A stretch of 55,849 nt of DNA from Vicinamibacterales bacterium (GTDB lineage: Bacteria; Acidobacteriota; Vicinamibacteria; Vicinamibacterales; 2-12-FULL-66-21), in the NCBI GenBank assembly GCA_035575695.1, contig DATLXP010000101.1, positions 1-55,849 of the forward strand, given 5' to 3'. Every line of letters begins with the position of its first letter. The stretch's first letter is position 1. Under the pieces are notes generated by a model. The model saw nothing but the letters and a program-made list of their open reading frames with translations. It was not told the DNA's origin and ran no database searches. Shown one piece after another: positions 37,398-47,786 of this stretch. The position numbers and the translations under genes are program-made.

Positions 37398-38321
37398 ATG
37401 GGGCTGTTCGACAGGATCAAGGAGTCCCTCGCACGCACGAAGGAGCAGTTCGTTGAACGCTTCGACGAGGTCGTCCGGCGCGCCGACGAGCCTGACAAGC
37501 GGAGCCGTCCGGTCGATCTCGAAACCATCGACGCGCTCGAAGAGGCCCTGATCTCCGCGGATGTGGGCGTGGCGGCCGCTGAGCAGATCGTGAAGGCGGT
37601 GAAGGCCCAGCGCTCGGCGGGGGAGTCGCTGCGCGTTCTCGTCAAGGAGGAAATCCGCCGCATCCTGCACGACGCCGAGACGCCGGACGTCCATGATCAC
37701 CGTCCGCACGTCATCATGATCGTGGGGGTCAACGGGACCGGCAAGACGACCACCGTGGGAAAGCTCGCCCGGCTGTTGAAGGCCTCGGGGCGCACGACGA
37801 TGATCTGCGCGGCGGACACCTTTCGTGCGGCGGCGGTGGAGCAACTCGAGATATGGGCGAACCGTGCCGGCGTCGACATGGTGCGCGCGCGCACCGGTTC
37901 GGACCCGGCCGCGGTCGTCTTCGACGCGCTTGTCGCAGGCAAGGCGCGCGGTCGGGACGTCGTGATCGTCGATACGGCCGGGCGTCTGCACACGCGCGTC
38001 AACCTGATGACGGAGCTCGACAAGATCCGCCGGGTGGCGTCCCGCGAAGTCGAGGGGGCGCCGCACGAGGTGCTGCTCGTCCTCGATGCCACCGTCGGTC
38101 AGAACGGCCTGGCACAGGCGCGCGAATTCATGAGCGTCGCCGGCGTCACCGGCATCGTCCTCACGAAACTCGACGGGACCGCCAAGGGCGGGATCGCGGT
38201 CGCCATCGCGCACGATCTGAAGCTGCCGATCCGTTACGTGGGCGTGGGAGAGTCGATCGACGATTTGATCCCGTTCTCCGCGGATGCCTATGTCGACGCG
38301 CTCTTCGAAGAGAAGTGGTAA
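37398..38321 (+). CDS. ftsY: signal recognition particle receptor FtsY
   Basis: NG domain with GVNGTGKTTT, DTAGR and TKLDGTAKGG. Confidence 0.93.
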   Translation: MGLFDRIKESLARTKEQFVERFDEVVRRADEPDKRSRPVDLETIDALEEALISADVGVAAAEQIVKAVKAQRSAGESLRVLVKEEIRRILHDAETPDVHDHRPHVIMIVGVNGTGKTTTVGKLARLLKASGRTTMICAADTFRAAAVEQLEIWANRAGVDMVRARTGSDPAAVVFDALVAGKARGRDVVIVDTAGRLHTRVNLMTELDKIRRVASREVEGAPHEVLLVLDATVGQNGLAQAREFMSVAGVTGIVLTKLDGTAKGGIAVAIAHDLKLPIRYVGVGESIDDLIPFSADAYVDALFEEKW

Positions 38322-39409
38322 CAGACCGCGATACGTTCTTCATGCGCAAAGCCCTGCAGCTCGCCGAGCGCGGACGCGGGCTGACGTCACCCAACCCGAT
38401 GGTCGGGGCCGTGATCGTCGACCACGATGGCGTGGTGATCGGACGCGGCTCGCACGAGTTGGCCGGGGGCCCGCATGCCGAAGTCCACGCGCTCCATACG
38501 GCGGGAACCGCGGCGCGCGGGGCGACGCTCTACTGCACGCTCGAACCGTGCAGCCACACGGGCCGGACCGGCCCGTGCGCCCCGTTGGTGGCTGACGCCG
38601 GCATCGCGCGGGTGGTCGTTGCGACCGAGGATCCGAACCCGCTCGTCGCTGGCCGCGGACTGCGATTCCTCCGCGAGCGCGGCCTGGCGGTCGCCACGGG
38701 TGTCCTGGCACGGGATGCCGAACGGCTCAACCGGCCGTTCTTCACGTTCATGCGTGCGAGGCGGCCTTTCGTGACGATGAAAGTGGCCCTGAGCGCCGAC
38801 GGAAGGATCGCCGCCGGCGCAGGCGAGCGGACGTCACTGACCTCGAAGGCTGCGAACCGGCATGTGCACCGGGAGCGCGCCGAAACCGATGCGATCGCGG
38901 TGGGTTCAGGGACCATGATGACCGACGATCCGACGCTCACGGCGCGAGGCCCCTTCAGGTCGAGGCCCCTGACCCGGGTCATCTTCGATCGTCGGCTGCG
39001 CACGCGTCCGTCCGCACGGATCTTCTCCACACTCGAGGCCGGACCAGTCATAATCGTGGGGAAACCTCATGTGACGGAGGCAGAAGCCGCGACGGGAGCA
39101 GCGTTGCGCGGCGCCGGCGCGCTCCTGGAGTGTCCGGCCGACGGTCGTATCGGCACCACACTCGAAACGCTGGCGGCGAGGGGCATTACGTCGCTCATAG
39201 TGGAGGGTGGCACGATGCTGCACCAGGCGTTTTGGAACGCCGGCGTGGTGGATCGCGTCCAGGTGTACGTCACGCCACGGGTGCTCGGCGACACCGGCGT
39301 GCCGTGGTTACCGTTCGATGTCATGGCCTCGCCGCTGATGACCGAGCGTTCGTCCCGGCCGCTCGGTGACGACATGCTTGTGGAAGCCTATGTTCACAGG
39401 ATTAATTGA
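38315..39409 (+). CDS. ribD: bifunctional diaminohydroxyphosphoribosylaminopyrimidine deaminase / 5-amino-6-(5-phosphoribosylamino)uracil reductase
   Basis: FM..AL.LA..G.G.TSPNP.VGAV, HAE and the CTLEPC zinc motif, plus a C-terminal reductase domain. GTG 38315 overlaps the ftsY end. Confidence 0.9.
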   Translation: MVTDRDTFFMRKALQLAERGRGLTSPNPMVGAVIVDHDGVVIGRGSHELAGGPHAEVHALHTAGTAARGATLYCTLEPCSHTGRTGPCAPLVADAGIARVVVATEDPNPLVAGRGLRFLRERGLAVATGVLARDAERLNRPFFTFMRARRPFVTMKVALSADGRIAAGAGERTSLTSKAANRHVHRERAETDAIAVGSGTMMTDDPTLTARGPFRSRPLTRVIFDRRLRTRPSARIFSTLEAGPVIIVGKPHVTEAEAATGAALRGAGALLECPADGRIGTTLETLAARGITSLIVEGGTMLHQAFWNAGVVDRVQVYVTPRVLGDTGVPWLPFDVMASPLMTERSSRPLGDDMLVEAYVHRIN

Positions 39410-39983
39410 AAGCGTCGGCGAGATCACCGAAGTGAAACCGACCCCCGGGGGGGTCAGGATTCGCGTGACAACGGCGCTCGCCTCGGAATTGTCGCCAGGG
39501 GACAGCCTGGCCGTCAACGGCGTCTGCCTGACCGTCATTTCGGCGGACGCGGACGGTATTCACGCGGACGTCTCGCCGGAGACGGTCCGCGTCAGCTCCT
39601 TCGGCACGCTCCGACGGGGAGCAATGGTCAATCTCGAGCGACCCTTGCGCGCCGACTCGCGGCTGGGTGGGCATTTTGTCCAGGGGCACGTGGACGCGAC
39701 CGGCACGATCGAGGAGATCCGGCCGGACGGGGAGTCCTACTGGCTGACCGTGAAGTTCCCGGCCGACCAGGCCGCGTTCATCGTGCGCAAGGGGTCGATC
39801 ACGGTGAACGGCATCAGCCTGACGGTCGCGGGAGTCGATGACCGGCACTTCGACGTGCAGGTCATCCCCTTCACCTGGGCGGCCACCAATTTGCGCACGG
39901 CCAGGACGGGGGACGTCGTCAATCTCGAATGCGACATCCTCGGAAAATACGTGGCCCGCGCGCTCGACGTCGCGAAACGGTAA
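39390..39983 (+). CDS. ribE: riboflavin synthase (alpha chain)
   Basis: MFTGLIE..G... with duplicated GDS.AVNG.CLT / GS..VNG.SLT lumazine-binding repeats. Confidence 0.93.
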   Translation: MFTGLIESVGEITEVKPTPGGVRIRVTTALASELSPGDSLAVNGVCLTVISADADGIHADVSPETVRVSSFGTLRRGAMVNLERPLRADSRLGGHFVQGHVDATGTIEEIRPDGESYWLTVKFPADQAAFIVRKGSITVNGISLTVAGVDDRHFDVQVIPFTWAATNLRTARTGDVVNLECDILGKYVARALDVAKR

Positions 39984-39985
39984 AC

Positions 39986-41221
39986 ATGCCCAGGACCAGC
40001 AAGCCCACGCGATCGAAGTCCCCGTTCGCACCAATCGGCGAGGCTATTGCCGACATCCGCGATGGCAGGATGATCATCGTTGTCGATGACGAAGATCGGG
40101 AGAACGAAGGAGACCTCACGATCGCGGCAGACAAGGTCACGCCGGAAGCCATCAACTTCATGGCGAAGTACGGGCGGGGCCTGATCTGCATTCCGATGAC
40201 CGAAGAACGGCTCGACGAGCTGGACCTGCCGCTCATGGTCGCGCAGAACACGACCCAGTTCGACACGGCCTTCTGCGTGCCGATCGAGGCGAAGGGGGTG
40301 ACGAGCACGGGTATCTCGGCGGCCGACCGGGCCGCCACGGTGCTCGTCGCGATCGATCCGAACACGCGTCCGGCCGACCTTGCCCGTCCCGGCCACATGT
40401 TTCCGCTTCGCGCGCGGAACGGCGGAGTCCTGGTGCGCGCCGGCCAGACCGAAGCGGCCGTCGATCTCTCGCGCATCGCCGGACTCTATCCCGCCGGCGT
40501 CATCTGCGAAATCATGAACGACGACGGCACGATGGCTCGGATCCCTGAGCTGACGAAGTTCGCCCGGAAGCACAAGCTGCTCATGATCACCGTCGCCGAT
40601 CTGATCCAATACCGGATGCAGACCGAGGCGCTCGTCCGGCGGGTCGCGTCGGCGGCACTCCCGACCGAACACGGCGAGTTCAGGGTCATCGCGTATGAAA
40701 GCCTGATCGACCGCGAGACCCACGTCGCGCTGATCAAGGGAGACATCGGGGATGGGCGCGACGTCACCGTGCGCGTACATTCGCGGTGTCTCACGGGTGA
40801 CGTGTTCCATTCCTCGAGGTGCGACTGCGGGTTGCAGCTCGAAGCCGCCATGGACAAGGTCGCCGAAGCCGGCCGGGGCGTGCTGTTGTATCTCAACCAG
40901 GAAGGGCGCGGCATCGGGCTGGCGAACAAGATCCGGGCCTACGAGCTGCAGGACCAGGGGCTGGACACAGTCGAGGCCAACGAGCGGCTCGGCTTCAAAG
41001 CGGACCAGCGCGATTACGGTATCGGCGTGCAGATCCTGCGGGACCTCGGCGTCAAATCGATGCGGCTCCTATCCAATAATCCCCGGAAGCTGGTGGGGCT
41101 GGAGGGTTACGGCCTCTCCATCAGCGAATGGGTTCCCCTTGAAATTCCGCCCTCAGTCCATACTCGCCGCTACCTGACCACTAAGAAGCACAAGCTCGGG
41201 CACAAACTCACAGGGGTGTAG
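39986..41221 (+). CDS. ribBA: bifunctional 3,4-dihydroxy-2-butanone-4-phosphate synthase / GTP cyclohydrolase II
   Basis: [11 protein letters not shown] (DHBP synthase) and [18 protein letters not shown] (GCH II). Confidence 0.93.
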   Translation: MPRTSKPTRSKSPFAPIGEAIADIRDGRMIIVVDDEDRENEGDLTIAADKVTPEAINFMAKYGRGLICIPMTEERLDELDLPLMVAQNTTQFDTAFCVPIEAKGVTSTGISAADRAATVLVAIDPNTRPADLARPGHMFPLRARNGGVLVRAGQTEAAVDLSRIAGLYPAGVICEIMNDDGTMARIPELTKFARKHKLLMITVADLIQYRMQTEALVRRVASAALPTEHGEFRVIAYESLIDRETHVALIKGDIGDGRDVTVRVHSRCLTGDVFHSSRCDCGLQLEAAMDKVAEAGRGVLLYLNQEGRGIGLANKIRAYELQDQGLDTVEANERLGFKADQRDYGIGVQILRDLGVKSMRLLSNNPRKLVGLEGYGLSISEWVPLEIPPSVHTRRYLTTKKHKLGHKLTGV

Positions 41222-41571
41222 GCGTCTAATCCTTCACCGCGGAGGGCGCAGAGGTCGCGGGAGGTTATTTTCTTTCCGGCTGCTCGAAATCCGGAGCTCC
41301 AGCCCGAGAGGTTTCCCAATATGAACGTCCAACCCCGCCTCGACGAGGTCCTGCCCACGGCAGGGGCCATATACAGACTCGAGGAGCCCAGTCGCAATCG
41401 CCAACTTGCCGGAGACGGCCATGGTGCAGTTATTGCCTCCGCGCTTTCCGCGTTCTCGGCGGTGGAGCCACTTGAGAGCCGTAACGAATCGAGCTGGGGT
41501 CCTGACCGGCTGCCGAGCCTGCCCTCGCCTGGGGTTCGTGGGCCGGGATGGTCCCAACGGACATCGTTTTG

Positions 41572-41600
41572 TTGACACTTCCACTCCCTTCGCTTACGAT
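41572..41600 (+). promoter_or_regulatory. sigma-70-type promoter, TTGACA-17 nt-TACGAT
   Basis: TTGACA 41572-41577, 17-nt spacer, TACGAT 41595-41600. 52 nt upstream of the ffh ATG. Confidence 0.6.
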
Positions 41601-41652
41601 AAACGTTTGCGCCTGAAGCCCTTAGGGGCATAGGGCACCCGGATCAGAACCT

Positions 41653-43014
41653 ATGTTTGAATCGCTCAGCGACAGGCTCCAGGGGGTCTTCCGCTCCTTG
41701 CGGGGTGAAGCCCGCCTGACGGAAGAGACCGTTGAAGCGGCGCTGCGCGAGATCCGGATGGCGCTGCTCGAAGCAGACGTCAATTTCAAGGTCGTCAAGG
41801 CCTTCATCGACCGCGTGCGCGACAAGGCGGTCGACCAGGAAGTCCTCAACAGCCTGACGCCAGCGCAGCAGGTCGTTCGGATCGTGCGCGACGAAATGCT
41901 GGCGCTGTTCGGCGACTCGCAGGGAGGCCTGCCCCCGACGCAGGCGCACCCGCGGGTCATCCTGATGCTCGGGCTTCAGGGCTCGGGCAAAACGACGACG
42001 AGCGGCAAGCTGGGGCAATGGCTGGCGAAGCAGGGGAAGCATCCGCTGCTCGTCTCAACTGACGTGCGCCGGCCCGCCGCCATCGAGCAGCTGTCGGTGG
42101 TCGCCAAACAGGCCGGTGTGCGCGTGCACGATCCGGCGGGTGAGTTGGATCCGGTGAAGCGGGCCGCGGGGGCCATCACCGAAGCACGAAACGCCGGGTT
42201 CGACGTCGTGATCGTTGACACCGCCGGTCGGCTCCATATCGACGATGGGCTGATGGACGAGTTGCAGGCGATCAAGGCGACGGTGCAGCCGACCGATCTG
42301 CTGTTTGTCGCCGATGCGATGACGGGGCAGGATGCGATCAAGAGTGCCGGTGAGTTCAACCGGCGGATCGGCATCACCGGCGTGGTGCTCTCGAAAATGG
42401 ACGGCGATGCGCGCGGCGGCGCGGCCCTGTCGGTCGTCGGTGTCGTCGGCGTCCCGGTGGCGTTCGTCGGAAGCGGCGAGCGGCTGCAGGATCTCGAGCC
42501 ATTCCACCCGGACCGCGTCGTGTCGCGCGTGCTGGGGATGGGTGACGTCCTTTCGCTGATCGAGAAGGCCGAAGCGGCCGTCTCGATGGAGGACGCGGAG
42601 AAGCTCGAAGAGAAGATCCGGAAGAACGCCTTCACGCTGGAGGACTTCCGGGATCAGCTGCGCACGATCAAGAAGATGGGCCCGATCGAGCAGATCCTCG
42701 GGATGCTGCCCGGGATGGGGAACCTGAAGGAAATGACCGCGGCGCGCGGGCAGGTGGACGACACGCAGTTCGCGCGGGTCGAAGCGATCATCAATTCGAT
42801 GACGCCGAAGGAGCGCCGGAATCATCAGGTGATCAACGGCCAGCGCCGCAAGCGGATCGCGAAGGGCAGCGGAACGTCGGTCGAGGACGTGAACAAACTG
42901 CTGAAGCAGTTCGTGCAGATGCAGAAGATGCTGAAGCAGCTCGGCGGGATGGCCGGCCTCGCCCGGAAAAAGGGCGGCGGCCTCGGGATGATGAAGTCGA
43001 TGATGAATCGGTAG
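41653..43014 (+). CDS. ffh: signal recognition particle protein Ffh
   Basis: MFESLSDRLQ..., GLQGSGKTTT, DTAGR and a Met-rich M domain. Confidence 0.97.
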   Translation: MFESLSDRLQGVFRSLRGEARLTEETVEAALREIRMALLEADVNFKVVKAFIDRVRDKAVDQEVLNSLTPAQQVVRIVRDEMLALFGDSQGGLPPTQAHPRVILMLGLQGSGKTTTSGKLGQWLAKQGKHPLLVSTDVRRPAAIEQLSVVAKQAGVRVHDPAGELDPVKRAAGAITEARNAGFDVVIVDTAGRLHIDDGLMDELQAIKATVQPTDLLFVADAMTGQDAIKSAGEFNRRIGITGVVLSKMDGDARGGAALSVVGVVGVPVAFVGSGERLQDLEPFHPDRVVSRVLGMGDVLSLIEKAEAAVSMEDAEKLEEKIRKNAFTLEDFRDQLRTIKKMGPIEQILGMLPGMGNLKEMTAARGQVDDTQFARVEAIINSMTPKERRNHQVINGQRRKRIAKGSGTSVEDVNKLLKQFVQMQKMLKQLGGMAGLARKKGGGLGMMKSMMNR

Positions 43015-43027
43015 GGAGCGTAGAGCA

Positions 43028-43330
43028 ATGTTAGTAATTCGTTTGAGAAAGACCGGATCCAAGAAGCGCCCGTTTTTCCGGGTCGTCGTGACCGACTCGC
43101 GCGCCGCGCGCGACAGCAGCTTCGTCGAAGTGCTCGGGTTCTACAATCCCCGCACCAACCCCGAAACGCTCAAGCTCGATCGCGATCGCCTGGCGCACTG
43201 GGTCAAGACTGGTGCGGTCCCGTCGGACACGATCCGCACGCTCGTCGCGCGGATGCCGGCCGACTCGGCTCCGGTCGACGCGCCGGTCCCTTCGACTCCG
43301 GCGGTCGAAGCGGAACAGCCCGCATCGTGA
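43028..43330 (+). CDS. rpsP: 30S ribosomal protein S16
   Basis: MLVIRLRKTGSKKRPFFRVVVTDSR is the canonical S16 N-terminus. Confidence 0.95.
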   Translation: MLVIRLRKTGSKKRPFFRVVVTDSRAARDSSFVEVLGFYNPRTNPETLKLDRDRLAHWVKTGAVPSDTIRTLVARMPADSAPVDAPVPSTPAVEAEQPAS

Positions 43331-43569
43331 GCCGCGCCCGCGACGTCGTCGAGGTCGTCGCGCGCGCGCTGGCGGACCAGCCGAGTGCGGTCCGCGTGAC
43401 CGAGCGCGAAGCCCGGGGGCAGACGGTGGTCGAGTTGTCCATGGCCCCGGGAGATCTTGGCCGCGTGATCGGGCGTCAGGGAAGGACCGCGGCGGCCGTG
43501 CGGATGCTGGTGACACTCGCGGCAGAGCTCGAGGGTACGAAAGCCACCGTCGACTTTCGAGATGACTGA
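43327..43569 (+). CDS. KH domain RNA-binding protein (UPF0109 / YlqC-like)
   Basis: GRVIGRQGRTAAAVR KH GXXG motif. Conserved position between rpsP and rimM. Confidence 0.85.
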   Translation: MSRARDVVEVVARALADQPSAVRVTEREARGQTVVELSMAPGDLGRVIGRQGRTAAAVRMLVTLAAELEGTKATVDFRDD

Positions 43570-44095
43570 GGATCTCGTCCTCGTCGGCCGCGTGGCGCGG
43601 CCACACGGAATACGAGGCCAGGTGATCGTGAATCCGGACACCGATTTTGTCGGCGATCGGTTTCGGGAAGGGGTCACGTTGCTGGTGGGCCCTGACGCAC
43701 GGCCCCGGAAGGTCACAGCGGCCCGCTTTCACAAGGGCCGCCCGGTGATTGCCCTCGAAGGCATCGAGACGATGCACGACGCGGAGCGGCTGGCAGGCAC
43801 GGAATTGAAACTGCCGGCGAGCGAGATTCCCGCGCTGCCGGAAGGAACGTTTCACCGCCACGAGCTGGTCGGGTGCGTGGTCCGGGACACCGACGGCCGG
43901 GTGATCGGCGAGGTGGCGGCCGTCGAGGGGCCGATTCACCAGAGCCGGCTCGTGGTCAACGCTCCGGGCGGCGAAGTGCTGATCCCGCTCGTGGACGCGA
44001 TCTGCGTCGAGATTGCGCCGGCGGAGAAGCGGATCTCGGTCAGGCTTCCCGACGGGTTGATCGAGGTGAACGCGAAGGTAAGAACCGGGATGTGA
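43562..44095 (+). CDS. rimM: 16S rRNA processing protein RimM
   Basis: VGRV.RPHGIRG N-terminus and a PRC-barrel C-terminus. Conserved operon position. Confidence 0.9.
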   Translation: MTEDLVLVGRVARPHGIRGQVIVNPDTDFVGDRFREGVTLLVGPDARPRKVTAARFHKGRPVIALEGIETMHDAERLAGTELKLPASEIPALPEGTFHRHELVGCVVRDTDGRVIGEVAAVEGPIHQSRLVVNAPGGEVLIPLVDAICVEIAPAEKRISVRLPDGLIEVNAKVRTGM

Positions 44096-44847
44096 CGTTC
44101 GACATCATCACCATCTTTCCGAAGATGGTGGAAGCGCCGCTCGTGGAAGGTATTGTCGGGCGTGCGATCGAGCGCGGGCTGGTGAGCGTCAACGTTCACG
44201 ACCTGCGCGAGTTCACGACCGACCGGCATCGCGTCGTCGACGACACGCCGTTTGGCGGCGGACCGGGTATGGTGCTCAAGCCTGAGCCTTTGTTTCGGGC
44301 CCTCGATCGCATCAAATCGACGCGCGGTGCGCCCGGGGCGGTCGTGCTGACATCGCCTGACGGACCGAGGCTGACGCACAGAACGGCCGTGCGGTTGCGG
44401 GATCTCGGGCACGTCGCGATTCTGTGCGGGCGATACGAAGGCGTGGACGAGCGTGTGCGCCGTCACCTGGCGACGGAAGAAATATCGATCGGCGACTACG
44501 TGCTGTCGGGTGGGGAGCTGCCGGCGCTGGTGATCGTCGATGCCGTGGCCAGGCTCGTGCCGGGAGTCGTGGGGGACGAGCAGTCCGTCGCGCGTGACAC
44601 GTTCGCGACGGGGTTGCTGGATTTTCCGCAATACACGCGCCCCGCGGAGTTCGACGGAATGGCGGTGCCACCCGTGCTGCTGTCGGGTCACCACGGGGAG
44701 ATCGAGCGCTGGCGCCGGCGCGAAGCGCTGGCCCGTACGTTCGAGCGGCGCCCCGACCTGCTGGACGGGGCCCCTCTATCGGCGGAGGATCGGACGCTGC
44801 TGAGCGAGTTGAGGGGAGCGCGGCCCGAACGGGGCGAGCGCGAGTGA
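44092..44847 (+). CDS. trmD: tRNA (guanine37-N1)-methyltransferase
   Basis: [23 protein letters not shown] and [11 protein letters not shown] motifs. GTG 44092 has a GTGA overlap with rimM. Confidence 0.93.
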   Translation: MTFDIITIFPKMVEAPLVEGIVGRAIERGLVSVNVHDLREFTTDRHRVVDDTPFGGGPGMVLKPEPLFRALDRIKSTRGAPGAVVLTSPDGPRLTHRTAVRLRDLGHVAILCGRYEGVDERVRRHLATEEISIGDYVLSGGELPALVIVDAVARLVPGVVGDEQSVARDTFATGLLDFPQYTRPAEFDGMAVPPVLLSGHHGEIERWRRREALARTFERRPDLLDGAPLSAEDRTLLSELRGARPERGERE

Positions 44848-44907
44848 CGGGCGCGGGGTGGGGTGCAAGGTGCCCCGCCGACAGGTAATCACAAAGAGGA
44901 GTTAGCA

Positions 44908-45258
44908 ATGACGGCGGTAGAAACGATCGAGCGCGCCAACATGGTGGAGCGGCCGACGCTCAAGTCTGGCGACACTGTGAAGGTACACGTGAAGGTGCGC
45001 GAAGGTGACAAGGAGCGCATCCAGGTGTTCGAGGGCATGGTGATCGGCATGCACCGGGGCGGCTCGCGCGCGACCTTCACCGTCCGCAAGGTGTCGTTCG
45101 GCCAGGGCGTCGAGCGGATCTTTCCGCTACACTCGCCGATCATCGACAAGATCGAAGTGCTCCGCACCGCCAAGGTCCGCCGCGCGAAGTTGTACTTCCT
45201 GCGCGAGCTGAAGGGCAAGGCGGCGCGCATGAAGGAAACCAAGAAGCAGAACGGGTAG
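44908..45258 (+). CDS. rplS: 50S ribosomal protein L19
   Basis: GDTV.V.VKV.EG.KERIQ.FEG.VI... ATG 44908 is preceded by AGAGGAG. Confidence 0.95.
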   Translation: MTAVETIERANMVERPTLKSGDTVKVHVKVREGDKERIQVFEGMVIGMHRGGSRATFTVRKVSFGQGVERIFPLHSPIIDKIEVLRTAKVRRAKLYFLRELKGKAARMKETKKQNG

Positions 45259-45264
45259 CGGCTC

Positions 45265-45888
45265 GTGGCCAAAGTCCGCGCGTTCAGAACGATGGAGAAC
45301 TCGTTCCGGCGTATGGGCTTCAACTACGTCGCCGGGGTCGACGAGGTGGGTCGGGGCTGCCTGGCGGGCCCGGTGATCGCCGCGGCCGTGATTCTGGATC
45401 CTGGCCGGTACATTCCCCGCATCGGCGACTCGAAGACAACGACCGCAGTCGAGCGCGAGTACCTGTACGGCAAGATCACCCGCGGGGCGGTCGCCTGGGG
45501 GCTCGCCGCGTGCGATCCGAATGAGATCGACGCCATCAATATTCACCAGGCATCGCTGCGCGCCATGCAGCGCGCGGTGATGGCCCTCATTCCGCTGCCC
45601 GACCTGGTCCTGGTGGATGCGTTTCGCATTCCCGACATCCCGATGGCGCAGCGCGGCGTCATTCACGGTGACGCGCGGTGCACCGTCATCGCGGCGGCAT
45701 CCATCGTGGCGAAAGTGACGCGCGACCGGATGATGGTCGAGCTGCACGCGGCGGACCCGCGGTACGGTTACGACCGCCACAAGGGGTACGCCACGAAGGA
45801 TCACCTCGACGCGGTGGGCCGGTTCGGCTATTCCCCCGCGCACCGTCGCTCGTTCCGCCCGCCCTCCCTGTTTGATAGGATCGACTGA
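45265..45888 (+). CDS. rnhB: ribonuclease HII
   Basis: AGVDEVGRG.LAGPV and DSK motifs, plus HRRSF near the C-terminus. Confidence 0.92.
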   Translation: MAKVRAFRTMENSFRRMGFNYVAGVDEVGRGCLAGPVIAAAVILDPGRYIPRIGDSKTTTAVEREYLYGKITRGAVAWGLAACDPNEIDAINIHQASLRAMQRAVMALIPLPDLVLVDAFRIPDIPMAQRGVIHGDARCTVIAAASIVAKVTRDRMMVELHAADPRYGYDRHKGYATKDHLDAVGRFGYSPAHRRSFRPPSLFDRID

Positions 45889-45911
45889 GGCGTAGTCACG
45901 CCCGGAACCAC

Positions 45912-47786
45912 GTGCCCATCGATCGCGAAGACACCCTCAAGAAAGCGGAGAAGTTTCTCCGGCAAGGTCGCCTGGATCTGGCGATCGGCGAATACGAGCG
46001 TGTGGTCGAGGATCAGCCGCGCGACTGGAACACGGCCAACGCCCTGGGTGAGCTGTACATGCGTGCAGCGCAGTCCGACAAGGCGGTCGCCGTGTATCGG
46101 CGCATCGCGGACCACCTGCTGGCCGATGGCTTCGCTCCCAGGGCCGGCGCGCTCTACAAGAAGATCCTCAAGATCGTTCCCGACGACGAGCCGACACAGC
46201 TGAACCTCGCGGAGATTTCGGCGCGCCAGGGGCTGCTGGTAGACGCCAAGGCTTATCTGGCGGCCGTCGGCAGTCGACGGCGCGCTCGCGGCGACGCGCA
46301 GGGGGCCGACGAGATCATCGCGCGCCTCGGTGCGCTCGACCCGGCCGATTACGAAGCCCGGCTCAACGGTGCCGCGGCGATTGCCCGGGGAGGCGATCCG
46401 GCCACCGCCGCGGCGCAATTCCGGGATCTGCACGACGAACTGCTGGAGAGAGGACGTGGCTCCGACGCGCTGCTGGCTCTTAGCGAAGCCGTACGCTGCG
46501 AACCATCCGACATCAGGTCCAGGACGACCCTCGTGAGAGCAGCCGCGGCGTCGGGCGATGCCGACCGCGTGCGGCAGTTGCTCGACCGCGATACCGCCGG
46601 GACGGACCCGGCGCTGCTGTTCCTGTTGATTGACGTCGAGCTGCGGACTGGCAACGTGGAGGCAGCCCGCGAGATGCTGCCGCGCCTGCTCGCGCTCGAC
46701 CCGCAGCTGCGCGAGTCGGTGACGGAGCTGGCATGGGCGCTCGCCGCGTCCGATCCGTTGGCCGCCGCCGCCTGCGTCGGCGCAGCGGCCGACGCATCCC
46801 TCGCCGCGGGGGAGCCCGCAGACGCGGCGGGAATCCTCCAGGAGTTCGCCACCCGCGTGCCGGGACAGGTGCAGGTGCTCGTGCAGCTCGTCGAAGTCTG
46901 TGTGGATGCCGGTCTCGACGCGACGATGTATGAGGCACAAGCGCAGCTGACCGACGCGTATCTCGCGACGGGTCGCCCTTCCGAGGCGCGGGTCATCGCC
47001 GAGGACCTTGTCGGCCGCGAGCCGTGGGAAGGCGCGCATATCGATCGCCTCCGTCGGGCTCTCGAGATGCTGCATGTGCCGGATGTCGAGGCGGCGATCG
47101 CCGAACGCGTGAACTCGCCGGCCGGTCCGCCCGTCGAAGGGCTGGACGACAGTATGCGGTTTGACGACTTCGGAATTCCTGAACCGGCCGGACTGCCGGC
47201 GATCCTGGTCGTGGCCGACGACGATTCGGCGTCTCCGCCGGCCCCCGCGGCGCGGCACCAGGAGCAGGGCTCCATAGAGATCGATCTGACCAGCATCCTC
47301 GGGGATCTGCGCGGAGCGGGCCCGTCGCCGTCATCCCCCCCGCCCCCGAACGATCTTGATCGTGTGTTCGCGGGTATGCGCGACGAGGCCGCGCAGGACG
47401 AGGGATCGGATGAGGCGGGTGAACACATGGCCGTCGCGCGGACCTACATCGAGATGGGCATCAGTGACGAGGCGGTCGAACCTCTGGAGACCGCGGCACG
47501 GTCACCCCGGTACCGGTTCGAGGCTGCGGGTACGCTCGCACGGCTCGCCCGTGACAAGGGTGATCTGCTGAACGCGATCGAATGGTTCGAGCGTGCGGCC
47601 GAAACGCCCGCGCCATCTGCTGAGGAAGGACAGGCGCTCCTGTACGACCTGGGCGCGACGCTTCAGATGGCGGGAGAGTCCGCGCGAGCGCTCGCGGTGT
47701 TTCTCGAGCTCGAAGCCGACGTCGCGAATTATCGCGACGTCACCGCCCGCGTTGAGACGCTGGTCCGCTCGCAGACGGGAGGCTGA
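45912..47786 (+). CDS. tetratricopeptide repeat protein (624 aa)
   Basis: N- and C-terminal TPR-like helical repeats around an Ala/Asp-rich centre. Specific family not recognised. Confidence 0.7.
   Translation: MPIDREDTLKKAEKFLRQGRLDLAIGEYERVVEDQPRDWNTANALGELYMRAAQSDKAVAVYRRIADHLLADGFAPRAGALYKKILKIVPDDEPTQLNLAEISARQGLLVDAKAYLAAVGSRRRARGDAQGADEIIARLGALDPADYEARLNGAAAIARGGDPATAAAQFRDLHDELLERGRGSDALLALSEAVRCEPSDIRSRTTLVRAAAASGDADRVRQLLDRDTAGTDPALLFLLIDVELRTGNVEAAREMLPRLLALDPQLRESVTELAWALAASDPLAAAACVGAAADASLAAGEPADAAGILQEFATRVPGQVQVLVQLVEVCVDAGLDATMYEAQAQLTDAYLATGRPSEARVIAEDLVGREPWEGAHIDRLRRALEMLHVPDVEAAIAERVNSPAGPPVEGLDDSMRFDDFGIPEPAGLPAILVVADDDSASPPAPAARHQEQGSIEIDLTSILGDLRGAGPSPSSPPPPNDLDRVFAGMRDEAAQDEGSDEAGEHMAVARTYIEMGISDEAVEPLETAARSPRYRFEAAGTLARLARDKGDLLNAIEWFERAAETPAPSAEEGQALLYDLGATLQMAGESARALAVFLELEADVANYRDVTARVETLVRSQTGG

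Noticed and set aside
38300-38345. Searched for an FMN riboswitch or leader upstream of ribD, and for a TPP riboswitch upstream of thiE.
   Set aside because: ribD overlaps ftsY and thiE is separated from the preceding ORF by at most ~35 nt. There is no space for either element, and no conserved core sequences were seen.
41290-41330. GGCTGCTCGAAATCCGGAGC; its reverse complement vaguely resembles the SRP RNA helix-8 region. It lies just upstream of ffh.
   Set aside because: The conserved GGAA tetraloop and the flanking AGCA/GGAAG internal-loop motifs are absent, so the match is too weak to call ffs.
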